NCBI GenBank assembly: GCA_002633005.1
Contig: NMRA01000014.1
Location: 397,898 to 461,897, forward strand
From: Phoronis australis
Taxonomy: Eukaryota; Animalia; Phoronida
Direction: 5' to 3'
DNA length: 64,000 nucleotides
In this document: piece by piece, positions 12,101 through 24,900 of the stretch
Numbering within the stretch: position 1 is the stretch's first letter
Layout: every line of letters starts with the position of its first letter
Translations under genes and position numbers: made by a program
The notes under the pieces: generated by a model
Seen by the model: the letters and a program-made list of their open reading frames with translations, nothing else
Databases searched by the model: none
Told to the model about the DNA's origin: nothing

Positions 12101-15100
12101 TTAGCGAAAGCAGCTTAATGCGGCAGGCCTTAACTTCGGAAATTATGTAAAACATTGATTCTATGTTAAATATGTCTACATGTAGCCAGAATTCTTCATT
12201 ACTGTTCAAACAACCAATATCACCAAACTTTACCAGACTGCACAGTGAAGTGGCCATTTACATAGCGTGAAATTTGCACCGCATACTTTAAGTTAAACTT
12301 TGTTCAACATGTAACATGTAATTTTCAAGTGAAATTGCGAGTATCCTGGGCCTAGATGCTCTATTAAACAATAAATAAAATTAAATGAATCTCAAAAATT
12401 AACTGATAAAACGGGTATAGTTGAAGAAACTTCCATCACAATGCACCAATGCACAACATGCAGACACGACACTTCCAAGACACTTTTGCACTTAGCTCCA
12501 TGTTTGCCAATATTGGAACTCATGCAATAATGGCAATTAAGATGGAATTGTCAGCAAGGATGAACACAAACAAGCTACTCAACAGAAAATTGCAATTTTG
12601 TTACATTTTTGATGAAGTACAGAATCAGTAAAATGAGGGCAGAGCCAGTCCAGCTCATTATCTTCAGTTGCAAAGATGAACTCGCACGTTGTGAGAATAA
12701 GTTTAGTGTGACAGCGGGCCTTAATTATGATACTTCTTGTCTGAAAAAGGTTATAAGTAATGTGATATCTGTCTACCTTAAATTAAGTTGAGTTTGACAT
12801 AGCTACATTTCTTCTTTCAAACGTAATTCTTTTTTCATCGTGTTAACGCTTAATTTCTATATTGTTTTTGTTGACACACCTAACTGTCAGAAGACGGATA
12901 GGAGGGGGTGACAACACCTTCATTTATTGATCTAAAATACAAGTAAACAATGTATTAAGAGGTTTGACACAGTTGACCAAAAAATTGCAAAGCAGCCATT
13001 GTTTTATGATTCTGACTAAACTAACAGATAAAATATTTGAATCTGACTTTATTTCAAATATCTCATTTTGTTTGACTTTATGTACTTAGAAATAAAACAA
13101 CAATAATGGCTTCGATTTATTTCTATACATATATATTCTAATTTTCGTCAAAGAGTCGTATTCTTCAGAGGATCTGCATCACCTCATTTAGTTTCAGAAT
13201 TATTTTTCATAAAATGTATAGCTTTGGCCAAAAGGTGCATTTGTTTAGGAGGATGCACTGGAAGAACTAATTTGGTGGCTTGTCCTTTTTTTTGGAAAAT
13301 TCGCAGTAGGTTAAATACAAAATATGAAAATTCAACGATAAATTGAAGCAGATCGAACCTCTTTAAACACAAATAAAACAAATACACAGCACCAAGGTGA
13401 TTCTTCGTTGGGTGTAACAAACATAAGGCGTAACAAATACAGAATAGAAATGGCAAGAAAAGACAAGTGATAGAAAAGAGCAGTTACCCAACAGGAAGTA
13501 AGGACCACAACCAAGATTCTGGAAAGTAGTGTCGCAGCTCAGAGGGAGGTTTGGAGGTCAGTGGTGGGGGGTAATCCTCAGAGAAAAAGGGAGGTCCTTT
13601 TTCAAGCAGGAGGGGAAAGTCACTCATGGGTGAAGAAAAGTCCTCTGAAAGAGTTAAGCACACATACCATGCAAGAGATAGAAACATAAGATGCGAAGCA
13701 GTTTCAGCAAGTCTTTCTGAGACAGTGTGAATATGTATACTTTGACTTTGTTCTCAAAATCTGCTTTAAAGAGACCTCTTGGTGAGAATAAGTCATTTTT
13801 AATTTGCAATAGTGCAAATTTGAACACATTAGCTGCGCAATTGCAGTTGAAAGCACTGCTGCTGAGCTACCTCTGACGTGTGAAATAGTTGAGTACTTTA
13901 AATGTATGTAAAAGGTAAGCACCGGAATTGACTTTAGTCAATGTCTGGCAGACAATGGTTAGAATTGCATATTTGTAATAAAATCACAAAAACTGAAAAC
14001 TTTTTTTTGTTTTGACACAAGACTAACACATGCAAAATTGAAACCAAAATGAGTTTTGGATCCAACTCATAATGTCCTTTTTAATAAATCGAACAAGAGC
14101 AACAAGGAGTGTTGAAATGCACCCAAGATAAACTGCAAATGGTGTGCTTCCATGGGTGTTTGTTGGAATAATTAAAATGGCCATTGGAAGATGTACAACG
14201 TGTCAAACCCAACTGAATTGAGAAGGTGGCATCTTCTCTGTAAAATACAACTATTCACCAAATTTCATTTAAATAAGCCAAGGAACTCTTAAGATATAGA
14301 GGGAAACGTAACAAACAATTGGCCCAAGGGGGAGACAGCTACAGTCCAATTGGTCTAAAACTAATCTTCATCAATGTCTGTAGAAGCCCATTTGCCAAAT
14401 TTCGCAAAGATCCTTCAAAGGGTTTAAGAGATATGGCTGTAGATCCAAAAAAGCAAATTTGACCCTAAGGGGCGCCAGAATAGTCAATAATCAACATCAT
14501 TCAGGCTCTTTGCATCAGAAATACAACCGTCAATTTTCCCAATCGTCCATTGCTTGGTTTGGCAGACAGAGAGGCAGACGTCAAAAACATATTAAGCAGA
14601 ATTTTTTTAAATAGCCACCAGGTGCAGCAGAAAACATCAAACCTGTCCAAAAATGGGAAGGTGTCATTGTCCCCTTGATAGAAACCTATTTGCCGAACTT
14701 CATGAAAATACATTCACGAAACACTCAAGATAGAGAGGTAAACATAAAAAAGGTAAAAAAGTTTGCTACTAGTGAGGCACAGTGGTATTTGGATTAGTTT
14801 GACATTTGTTACCATTTGTCGCCGGCTCCATACGAACACACCTTTCAAACTTCAAAACACAAAATCACCACTAGGGGCGACACAATAGTCGGACCCATTC
14901 GAAAGTCAACTTCAGTCATGGCTTTCTGAACAAGAAGACATCAGATTCTGTAAATTCTCATAATGCTCGTTAAGCGGTTAGCAGATAGGGAGGATGGACA
15001 CCAAGAACAGATGCAACAATACCAAAAATCAAATCTGTCTGAAAATGGGAAGGCATTGTCGTCTTCTTAATAAACCTATTTGCTGAACTTAATGAAAATA

Positions 15101-15916
15101 CATTACTGCAAAAAACGTTTTGTCCTTAGGGGGACAGTGATATTTGAATCAGGTCGACACTTGTTGCTGTTTGTCGCAGCACCATAGGAATACATCTTTC
15201 AAATTTCATAAAATTCCTTTAACGCGTTTAAATATTCAACCGGACAAAAATATGCACTAGGGGGCGACCCCGGCACAGTAGTTGAACTCATCCGAAAGTC
15301 AACTTCAGTCACGATCTCCTCATTGTGACCACATCTGTAATTCTCATAATGATCTTTTAAGCAGTATGGCAGATAGGCATGTTGACGAAAGGAAACAAAA
15401 ATGGCCATCAGATTGCGCAGAAAACATCAAATTTGTCCCAAAATGGGAAGGTATTACCGTCTACTTAATAGAAATCTATTCCCCATATTTCATAAAAACA
15501 CACTAATATTGATACCCGAAGAAACGTAAAAACAGTACTTTACCACTAGGGGGATCAGTGGATCAGTTTGAAACTTGGTACAGTGTGTCAACGGTTCCAT
15601 AGGAAAAATCTTTCAAATTTCACAAAGCTCCTTCAAAGGGTTAAGGAGATTTGGCCGCAGATTAAAAAATGCCACTAAATGGTGACACAATGGATGTACT
15701 CCTCTGAAAGTCAATGTCAGACATGGCCTTCTCATTACCAACATATCTGTAAATCTTTATAGTGATCAGTATGTCAGATAGAGTGGCAGACAACAGAAAA
15801 CAGACGCAAAAATAACAAAAATGTCCAAAAGGTGGCGAAAAAATCATCGCCTGTCTCTTAAATCCATTGTTTCAGGACTTAAACAACTGAGGCTGTGTAG
15901 ATGTTGTGTGTGTGGT

Positions 15917-15978
<62 letters not shown>

Positions 15979-18900
15979 TTCTTGATGAATACAACAGCCA
16001 CGATCTCTGCAACAGAAAATCTAAACATGTTGGAAGCATGCGAACGCCAATGAACGTGCCAAAAGGTCATGATGGCTGACGTCCTCTGTAGAGCAAACGG
16101 GCAACGAACTTGCAGTTCTATTATCTATATGCACAACTGTCATGTACCCACTGTGTTACCTACCAACTGACTTAACCCAGTTTAATAGCTATTTGTTGTT
16201 AATCTAATAATTTGAAGCAGTACAGACAGAAAATGAGTGATGGTGATGCTTGTTTTAAGTGGTGAATACTTTAATAAATAGGTCGCGAGGCCATTCAATT
16301 GTGTTGCATTAGTGCTGTCACACAATGTAACACCACACATTTAAACCAGATCAAGAAAACATTGGTCAACGAAAGAAGGCGTGTAAATTGAGATGTAATA
16401 TACCACTTTCAGGAAAATGTATGAATGTTCAACAACACAAATATTTTAACAACACAACAATCACACTTCAGAAAGACAAGCTGCTTGGCAACATTCACGT
16501 GTCAGAGAAATAAGTGACAAGAGTAGAAAAACACACAAGGAAACCAAGTAGGCCTATTGCAGCAGTCCTAGTCTTTGTCAGTTGATCATTAAATGGCACT
16601 AAGCAGCATATAGAACGAAGATAGAGTAGCATAAGCTGAAAGCAAACTGATAACATTGGCAAGGAGAGCTATATCTCAGCCACATACCCTACGACTTCCA
16701 GGTCCCACAGCCAGGTTTCAGGAAAATAAGAGCGGAGGTTTACTGAGGAGGCCTTTGGACTTGCTGTATTCGCCACAGAATCAACAACATCAGCATCCTC
16801 AACTGCAACAGCCATAGGCTCAGGTTGCTCAACACCAGGCTGACCTAAGACAGGCAAGACTCAACGACTACAATACACTGAATATCTTCAGAGTAGTCAG
16901 TCCTCCTTCCTTTCCAACCAAACAAGCATTCTATGCTTTTATTTCTCATGATCACAATTCTTGTCTTATGAAAATCTCTTCTAATGCACAGCGATTCCGT
17001 TCTTAACTCAGGTATCTTTGATCACAAATTTTTCATTTTGTAAGTAAAATAGGTGACTTCAGAACAGCTTTGAAATAATTAACAGTTTGCTATTACTTGA
17101 GACCAAGGTCCACAAGTTAGCTTGTCAAGGCTCAATGCACGTCATTTTGTGCAAGCGCATAGCATGGTTTTAAGGAATAACGAACTCTTAGTTCAATGAC
17201 AACCCAAAATTCACTTCTCATCTAAGTAAAGAACAAGTTGAGATCAACATAATGGTGATTGTAGTTTAAATCATGCTTGCTTCTAGAACAAGAAATGCAC
17301 TTATAACCAGATTTCTTCACTGATGAACCTCAGTACAGACAGTTTTGGTTGAAACGTAAAACTCTATGCTGCTACTGCTCTACACAAGGGGGTGAAAAAC
17401 CATGATTCATGAGACTGTCAAGTGCGAAAGTCTGACAGGAAATGCATCTTGTGACATCAGTTCACAATGAAGACAGGAAGACTAGCTACTGAGATGATTT
17501 TGATAAAACTAGTGTGCACTACTTCTATCTTGGGAACCTTGTGGCTGGAGGAATGATTGAACTTGTTGTAGTTTGAAGTTGATAGAGAATGAAGAAGCAG
17601 TACGCTTTGTGCCAAGTAGATGTTCCTTGAATTCACAAAATGTTCATTTCTTCACTGTCCCATGTGCACTTAACGAAATTAATGTAACGATCCTGACAAA
17701 GACTGGGTGAGCTGATGCCGAGGCCAGTATTATTATTATTACCCAACATGATGTAAATCCCACAGCCACGTTTCCGGAAAGTAAGATCGTAGATTCACCC
17801 CAGGAGCTCCGGCTCCAGTAACGGTCTTCAAGTTTACGCCATCGACGCCTGGCATGCCCCAAATAACACAAACAATGTTAAGTCAAAAATCTTATAAAAC
17901 ATAACAGTGCTAACAGCAGTTCTCTGAGAACATTTTAATAATGTTTAGATGATCAGTCTTCAGTAAAAAAACTACCTATAAATGAAAATCTGTACCTAGT
18001 TACATGGCAATTATTTCATTCAGTATTTTTTTTTTATTCTCTGAAAAAACGATGCTTGGCTCGTCAGAGGACTTCAGAAACAACTGTACAAGATATAATT
18101 GTGTACCATAGGTCATGTGTCATGACCAACATATGACCCAAATGAAGACTGAAGACTAACAATTTGTATTGATACTGTACAACATCTCTTGTGTCAATTT
18201 GCCCAGCCAACATATGGAGCCGAAACTTCCCAGAAAATAACCAGCAAAGAGAAAGTCAAATCACACTTGTTCCCCAAATCCTGTAGGAAAAGGCTGCTTT
18301 GTTTAGGACTGGCTATCTGGTGTCACATGACCATGTAATCTATTTGTCTTAATGAAGTCATTCACACACTTAGATCGCCTGGGATGCACGTAAAACAGAG
18401 CACGGAGACCTCAATATATGGTCATTTGGTATCAACTTTGAGTCAAGTAGAGCCATTTGTATAAATGCTCAATTGAGTTTAGTAAGCAATGTGCCTTTTA
18501 ATGATAGGGTACGGCAGAAGCAAAATTGTATGGAGCATTACACAACAATCCACAGCAACAAAGAGAGTCACATAAGCAAAATAGTCGAATTGCATAGTAA
18601 ATAAGCAATAGGTAAAAACACACAGTCATGCAAGCAAACACCAGATAGCACTCTGGACAATAGCTTTTTTAAAGTTTGGTTAACCCAAGATTGTTTGGAC
18701 ATTTTTTGCAGTGGCATACAGCCAGTGTGACAAGAGATGAGTGGACAACTAAATACATGTCCCACTAAAACAGTGTCAGTTTCGTTAATCAATTCACAAA
18801 GGTCAATAGTCACCAAGTCTGTGCAAAACTACCAATAATCTAGTGATAACTGACATTAGATTACTACAGTATTGCTAACAACACATTTTGGCATGTAAGC

Positions 18901-21900
18901 TATGGATTATTTCTGGACAAACAACCTGCAACAACATGATTGATCGAGAGTTCTTCCTGTACATACCTCTATGAAAATCGGGTCAAGGAAAAAAATTTGA
19001 CCAATCAGATCACTGACAGCTGCATATGCAATGCCCACATGATACCAATCTGCCAACATTTGTGTGTTAATTCACCATTTGTGTGCAATCAACTTTAAAT
19101 AGTATCATTATGAGGTAATTTGCGGTGTTCAAAAACCGATGTAACATTTGGTGCTATTGCTAGAGAGCACCAATGCAGACTTCATGACCAAGGACCAAGA
19201 AACTGTCCAGTGTCTGTGGGTTAACTGAATTTGTACAGAGATGCGACAGGCAAGCCTTTATCCAATAAAGCACTGGGACTCCTACCCAATAATGTTGAGC
19301 TCCCAAAGCCAGGTTTCCGGGAAATACGACCTTAGATTGGTAACAGGGGCAACGCTCTCGTCGACGACATTAAAAACTCTTGACCTACCCCGCTGTGGAC
19401 CTTATACAAGCAAGATAACAAGTTAATTGTTATCACTGATTAAAAATCACGGTTTGACACAGTCCAATATAAAAAGATTATATTCAAAAAGATTCAAGTT
19501 TTCTCTAACTTTGTAATTCCGGTACTTTGTTTCAAGTAAACTGACAACCATTTTAGAGCACCTATACCTATTTGTACTGACCTCTTGCATAGGGCATTAT
19601 TGTGAAGCGCCTACATGGACGGGTCTGCAAAGTTAGGTCTGTCATCACAACCTGTCCTTCCTCCTGTAACATTATGGTTAAGATTACCATTAGAGAAATA
19701 TATCTTTTTCATTAATACATTGCGAACAATTTGTCCCGTCAGCACGCCATCTTTTTGGCCACATCATGTGACCTAATAAATATAAGTACGAAAAGATTTC
19801 TGCCCCAACCGGATGGCGTTTTGCCAGGACAAATTGTTCATTACTATTACAGGTAACCTGTCCAATAGTAAACACAGGGTGCTCATCAAATTGCTCCGCA
19901 TATTGAAATGTGCGACACTAAACAACCATGCCCAACATTTTCCATAGTGTAAGCAAAAAGACAGTAGTCACCAAAGGAGGATATGCTGTTGGCAGCTCAC
20001 TTAATCAAGCTAATCTAACCCACAGAATTTATGAAGTACCTCAAAAGCCTGTAACGAGTCATAGTAGTTGGACTGGTCAGGGAACCATATGGATCTTTTC
20101 AGTCGCATAGGTGACTCATCTTCGTCAGCATCTTGGACGGACTCACCACCATCAGAATCGTCCTCACCTTCACCATTGCCAATCTCAGCACTGACATTAT
20201 CATCTTCTGGTTCTTCAGAGACACCCTCTGGTCTATTGTCGACAGGAACTAGTCGTGGCCGGTTGGGGGTGAAAGGTACTGGTCCTGGCCTCTCTGGCTC
20301 TAAAGGAATATATTAAAACCAACATTTAATGAGTGGAACTAAACAATGCATAACTGGATTTGTCTTGAGGACTTGACAGGAACCTCACAGGTCTCACCCT
20401 TCACTGGCTTATCTACGCTAATTTGATAAGGCTTTGTACAGTCAAGCGTTGCGGGTCATAAAAGAGATAATGATACATACAGCTGATGCAACAAGCAGAA
20501 CTATAACTCTTATTTATCGGTGCATACTCACAGGAGAAATTAATGATTCAACTCTTTCATACCACATTATCAGCTTGACATGGCCAATACAACCGTTAAT
20601 TAACCCACGCATTTAGTTATTCAATACGCGTTGAATAACATTTTGGCGGGAACCTGAGGCTGGTTTCGAACCTGCTTCACCCGATTTTCGAGATGTCGAC
20701 TTAACTGCTAACGTCATCGAAAGTGAAAATAGAACACTTAAATGAGGACGTGCAATATTGACATGTTCAACAAACGGCATTGTACGGACATTTAGACACT
20801 ATGAAAAATAAGACGCACAATTTCAATAAAAAAGTATTTTTAATTCAGTAAAATTTATCTGTCACTTTCTCTCAGTTGTAAATTATCGATCTCCAGTTTG
20901 AGTTCGGGCAACGTATAGTCAGGATCTTTTGACTTGGACATTATTCCAGTGGTAACCTTCTTTAGCACACGAAATTTTCACGGTGAAGCTTAACATGACA
21001 AGATGTGTAGTAAGCTAGACTAGTTGCTTAAAACTTATTTTACAGATTCGCTTTATTTTTTAATCTATTTTGTTTAAATTTTCAAGGGGTCAGGTATACC
21101 CTGGAAGGCCCCATATTGTAATATTGCAACACAACATTTGATAATCTATAATTAACCCCCCCCAATCACATTCCATTGGTTATTGGTTGTGTACCCTCCA
21201 AGGCCCCATTGTTGCAGTAATGCTACACTGTGAGGGACCTCTCTTGACAAATGAGCTATTTGAATTAGAAATTAAAGATGTCTGCCGCCACATTGTAAGC
21301 TGTCCTCTGAGCAAAAGGCAAAGACATTCTCTACTTAGTCCAGGTAAATTCATTATTTCAATGTAATGGACTCAAACCATCAAATATCATGTAGTTTACT
21401 GGGGTAAACCTTATGTTGAATAGTGTTTTGTTACCTAAGTGTGCTTGTCCTGAAAAACCATGTTGCATATTTGCAACACTGGGCTCTGTCAGTGTCATCA
21501 CCAAGCCAACACTCGTGCTATAGTATTCCGCCTGACCCTAGGTAGGGTTAATGCTCACTTATGCTAATTTTTTTTAACAAAAGCGCAGTAGTTTGTTTTT
21601 CCTTTTGAGCAGTATATTTATTCTTCTTAACAGAACGTCAGTTTGAATTGTTAGATTTTAATTTTTGTTTATTTGAAATAAACAATTTGCTTTTTTGTCG
21701 TCTCTGACATCACATTCAACATCATGATCGTATATGATCTCAGCCAGCGTCTTTATGAACTTATGTTATTTTTCAAGATTTTTACTTCGAAACACATGTA
21801 ATGTAGTACCATAATTGAATGGTCAATCGATTTCCTGATTAATTTTCAGATTCAAAACGACAAGGAAAACCCTTGAGTTGGGTAATAAGTCACATTTGTT

Positions 21901-24900
21901 AGATGGAGATGAGAGGGACTTGGAGGGCTTAGTTAGTGATGATGATGATGAAGGTTGCCCAGCAACATGCTGGCGATGACAAAAGCTCTGACAGTGACGA
22001 TGAACCACTATTAGTATTCGAGCCAATCGTATCCATGGGTGCAGTCTCAAAAATAAGGAGGTTCATTTAATTGAAGAAAAAGTTGATATCAACAAAAACA
22101 TCTGCGTTGCGCTCTAGTATGACAACTGTCATTTCACCTTTGGTGCCAGTCCAACTGATAATGTCAGAATATGGGACAAGAGCTCTAGGGCCCATTTCTA
22201 AATTCCAAGGCCATTTTGTGTGCAGCCAGTGCAATACATTTATGGATGGTGTCGACCTGTTGGATGCTCTGTCAGCAAAGTACAAGTACGGCATGACATC
22301 TCGAAGCAGGTGTCTGTACCTTCTTTGGCACATTATATCCGTTGTTGTTGTCAATGCCTGGCTGTTGTACCAAAAATTTGTGCTCTTCAAAGCCCGAAGA
22401 TGAGCTCATGAAGCTGAGAACTTTTCAAGCCCAGATTGAGACATCACTGTGTCAAGCTCAAAAGCGAGGCCGGCCATCGTTGGATGAAGTTAAGTCGCCA
22501 AAGCCTACACCAGCAAAGAAGACAAGAAAAGCAGTTGTTCCGCATGATGCCAGCTACAATAATGTTGGTCGCAGACCCATAAAAGTTGCTAAATAGGTTT
22601 TTGCAAGTACTGGGTTGATGACATACTGAAAGTGCGTGTAAGAAATGCTTCACTTCACAAAAAAACTTTTCGACTGTATCACATTTAGTTTTTTACGACT
22701 AAAGTTTAGATGCAACAGACAGTGTGAATCACTGGCCCATAAAGATCTTTCAACACATTGTGTTGACTTCAATGCAGGAATAGTATGAGAACTAACTTAA
22801 CTTAATTATTAGTATATTTTACTAGTGTAACAAACTTAGTAATCTGAAACTGAGCAGAAGGAAATGCTGATAATTAGATTAATTGTAATATAAAAAAGTG
22901 TTTGATGTGATGTTGTTTTGTAGTGAATGATTTTCACAAATAAATGTCTAGTAGATAAACATGGGACATTTGCTACTATCCGGAGCTCCCATTGTTGAAA
23001 AATTGCAACATTGTATAAAATGAGGTCGCTGAGTGCAATTTTTCTAGTGACCTATCTTCTAGTAATATTGAGCTCAAAAATTTTAAGTAGTTTGAACATC
23101 TGGGCCTTCTGGGGTGGTTTAAGTAAAAACATTAAGAACCACTCAGCGTTTCGTAAAAGGTCACGACCTCCGACCCCGGGCCTCTGACACAGAAAGTAGG
23201 TACAAAAGCCGAGGGCTGTCGAGAAAGGTAGATAGATTCATCGCAATGTTTATCAATCAGAATGTGGTATAAATACATTATNAAAGGTTTCGTTAAAATC
23301 GACCGAGGGGTTATTTTGCTATGAATGTACCTTTCTTAAAAATGGAATTTTTACTTAAAAAAGGTTTATACGTAAAAATAATAATGACAAATAAATACAA
23401 AAAGTATATTTATATTTCCTGATCTTTGCTCTTTCAGAAAATATATACTTTTACTAGTTGACAAAGCTTAGTTTTTTTGATATACGAGTTAGAACAGAGG
23501 CCACTAAATAAGGTTTGAAATAACCTTAAGTAAAAACATTAAGAACCACTCAGCGTTTCGTAAAAGGTCACGACCTCCGACCCCGGGCCTCTGACACAGA
23601 AAGTAGGTACAAAAGCCGAGGGCTGTCGAGAAACGTAGATAGATTCATCGCAATGTTTATCAATCAGAATGTGGTATAAATACATTATTACATGTTCTCA
23701 GTCATTATTTGGTAGACAATTCTTCAAAAACCAACTCGGGCTCTAGATTACAAGGGATAACCAATACGCCATGTAGTAATATCAACCATCTGACTATCCA
23801 CTTGTTTTGGGAGACTTAATTCTCATACCTGTGTGCTCAATGATGATGCGCAATTTTTAGAGCTGTGTTCACAATAATCAACAATAAAAGTGGAGAGCAA
23901 ATATGTACCCCTTGTACTTTTTTCCAGTTGTAATTTTGAAACGCCTAATATTTCAGATGCGAGCAAAATAAAAAATACATGGCCATTCTCACTTTCAGTA
24001 ATGGAAACACTAACTACTCACTACATTGCAAAAACAAACAAAACTGCCACTAAGAAGCGCCACACTAGTCAAAGTCGTCAGAAGGTCATCGTCAGTCGCC
24101 CTCTTCATAGTTACAACATATATGTCAATTTTCAAAATCATCCCTATAGCAGTTTGGTTGACAGAATGGCAGACCCCAAAAAATAGACTCAAAAACAGTA
24201 AAAATGGCCACTAGGGGGCGCAAAGTAAAGTACCTCGAATCCGTCCGAAAACAGGAGGATGGCAACATCTCAGTAATAGATGCCTAACTGACAAAGCTTA
24301 TGAAAATCTGTTGAGGACCTTCAAAGATACAGAGGTAATTAGCGTAAAAAACTAAAATTGCCACTAGGGGGCACACCAGTAGTCGGAGAGATTCGAAGTC
24401 AGAGAGATTCGAAATTCGTCATCATCCGTTGTCAGCTTGATAGGAACACATCCGCCAAATCTCATCAAGATCCTGTGAAGGGTTTAGGAGATACAGCTGC
24501 AGACGCCAGACGCCCAGAAAGAGATGACAGCAATATGCGACAACATAATAAATATGTCGGCGCATAAAAATGTAAACACGCAAGTCATATTTCTTCAGAC
24601 AGCTCTTAACATCGATTCATCAGCTTCACGGGTAATAAAATGTAATTGGCCGAATAGATCTGTGGTTTGCTGTTGAGCCAAGACTGTCCTGAGTTGCCTA
24701 ATGTGCCTACTCTGGACTGTCCCTCACAATGATTTAATGTTATGCCATCAAATCAATCTGAACACAACAGCCTTGCTCAAGTACATGAATCATGAGGCAG
24801 TATAGCCATTGACTTTAAGGTTTATGAAAATCACGAAAAAGTCTGGACATGACTTAATGTCATGCACTGGAATAGGTAACGTGCAGTCATTGACCTAAAG

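Noticed and set aside
17644-17871. ORF-track 75 aa ORF
   Set aside because: Wrong frame; the real coding frame is bait exon 17B.
18170-18293. Strong acceptor CCTTTTCCTACAG within the bait cassette followed by YFLGS..WL
   Set aside because: In-frame TGA after six codons, no FPETW match and no phase-2 donor.
18967-19019. Candidate 53 nt microexon with a GTATGT donor in the cassette
   Set aside because: Phase 1 to 0 is incompatible with the neighbouring exons.
23118-23690. Near-identical ~185 bp direct repeat (23118-23301 and ~23526-23690)
   Set aside because: The first copy ends exactly at a single N (23302), so this is most likely a contig-overlap assembly artefact.
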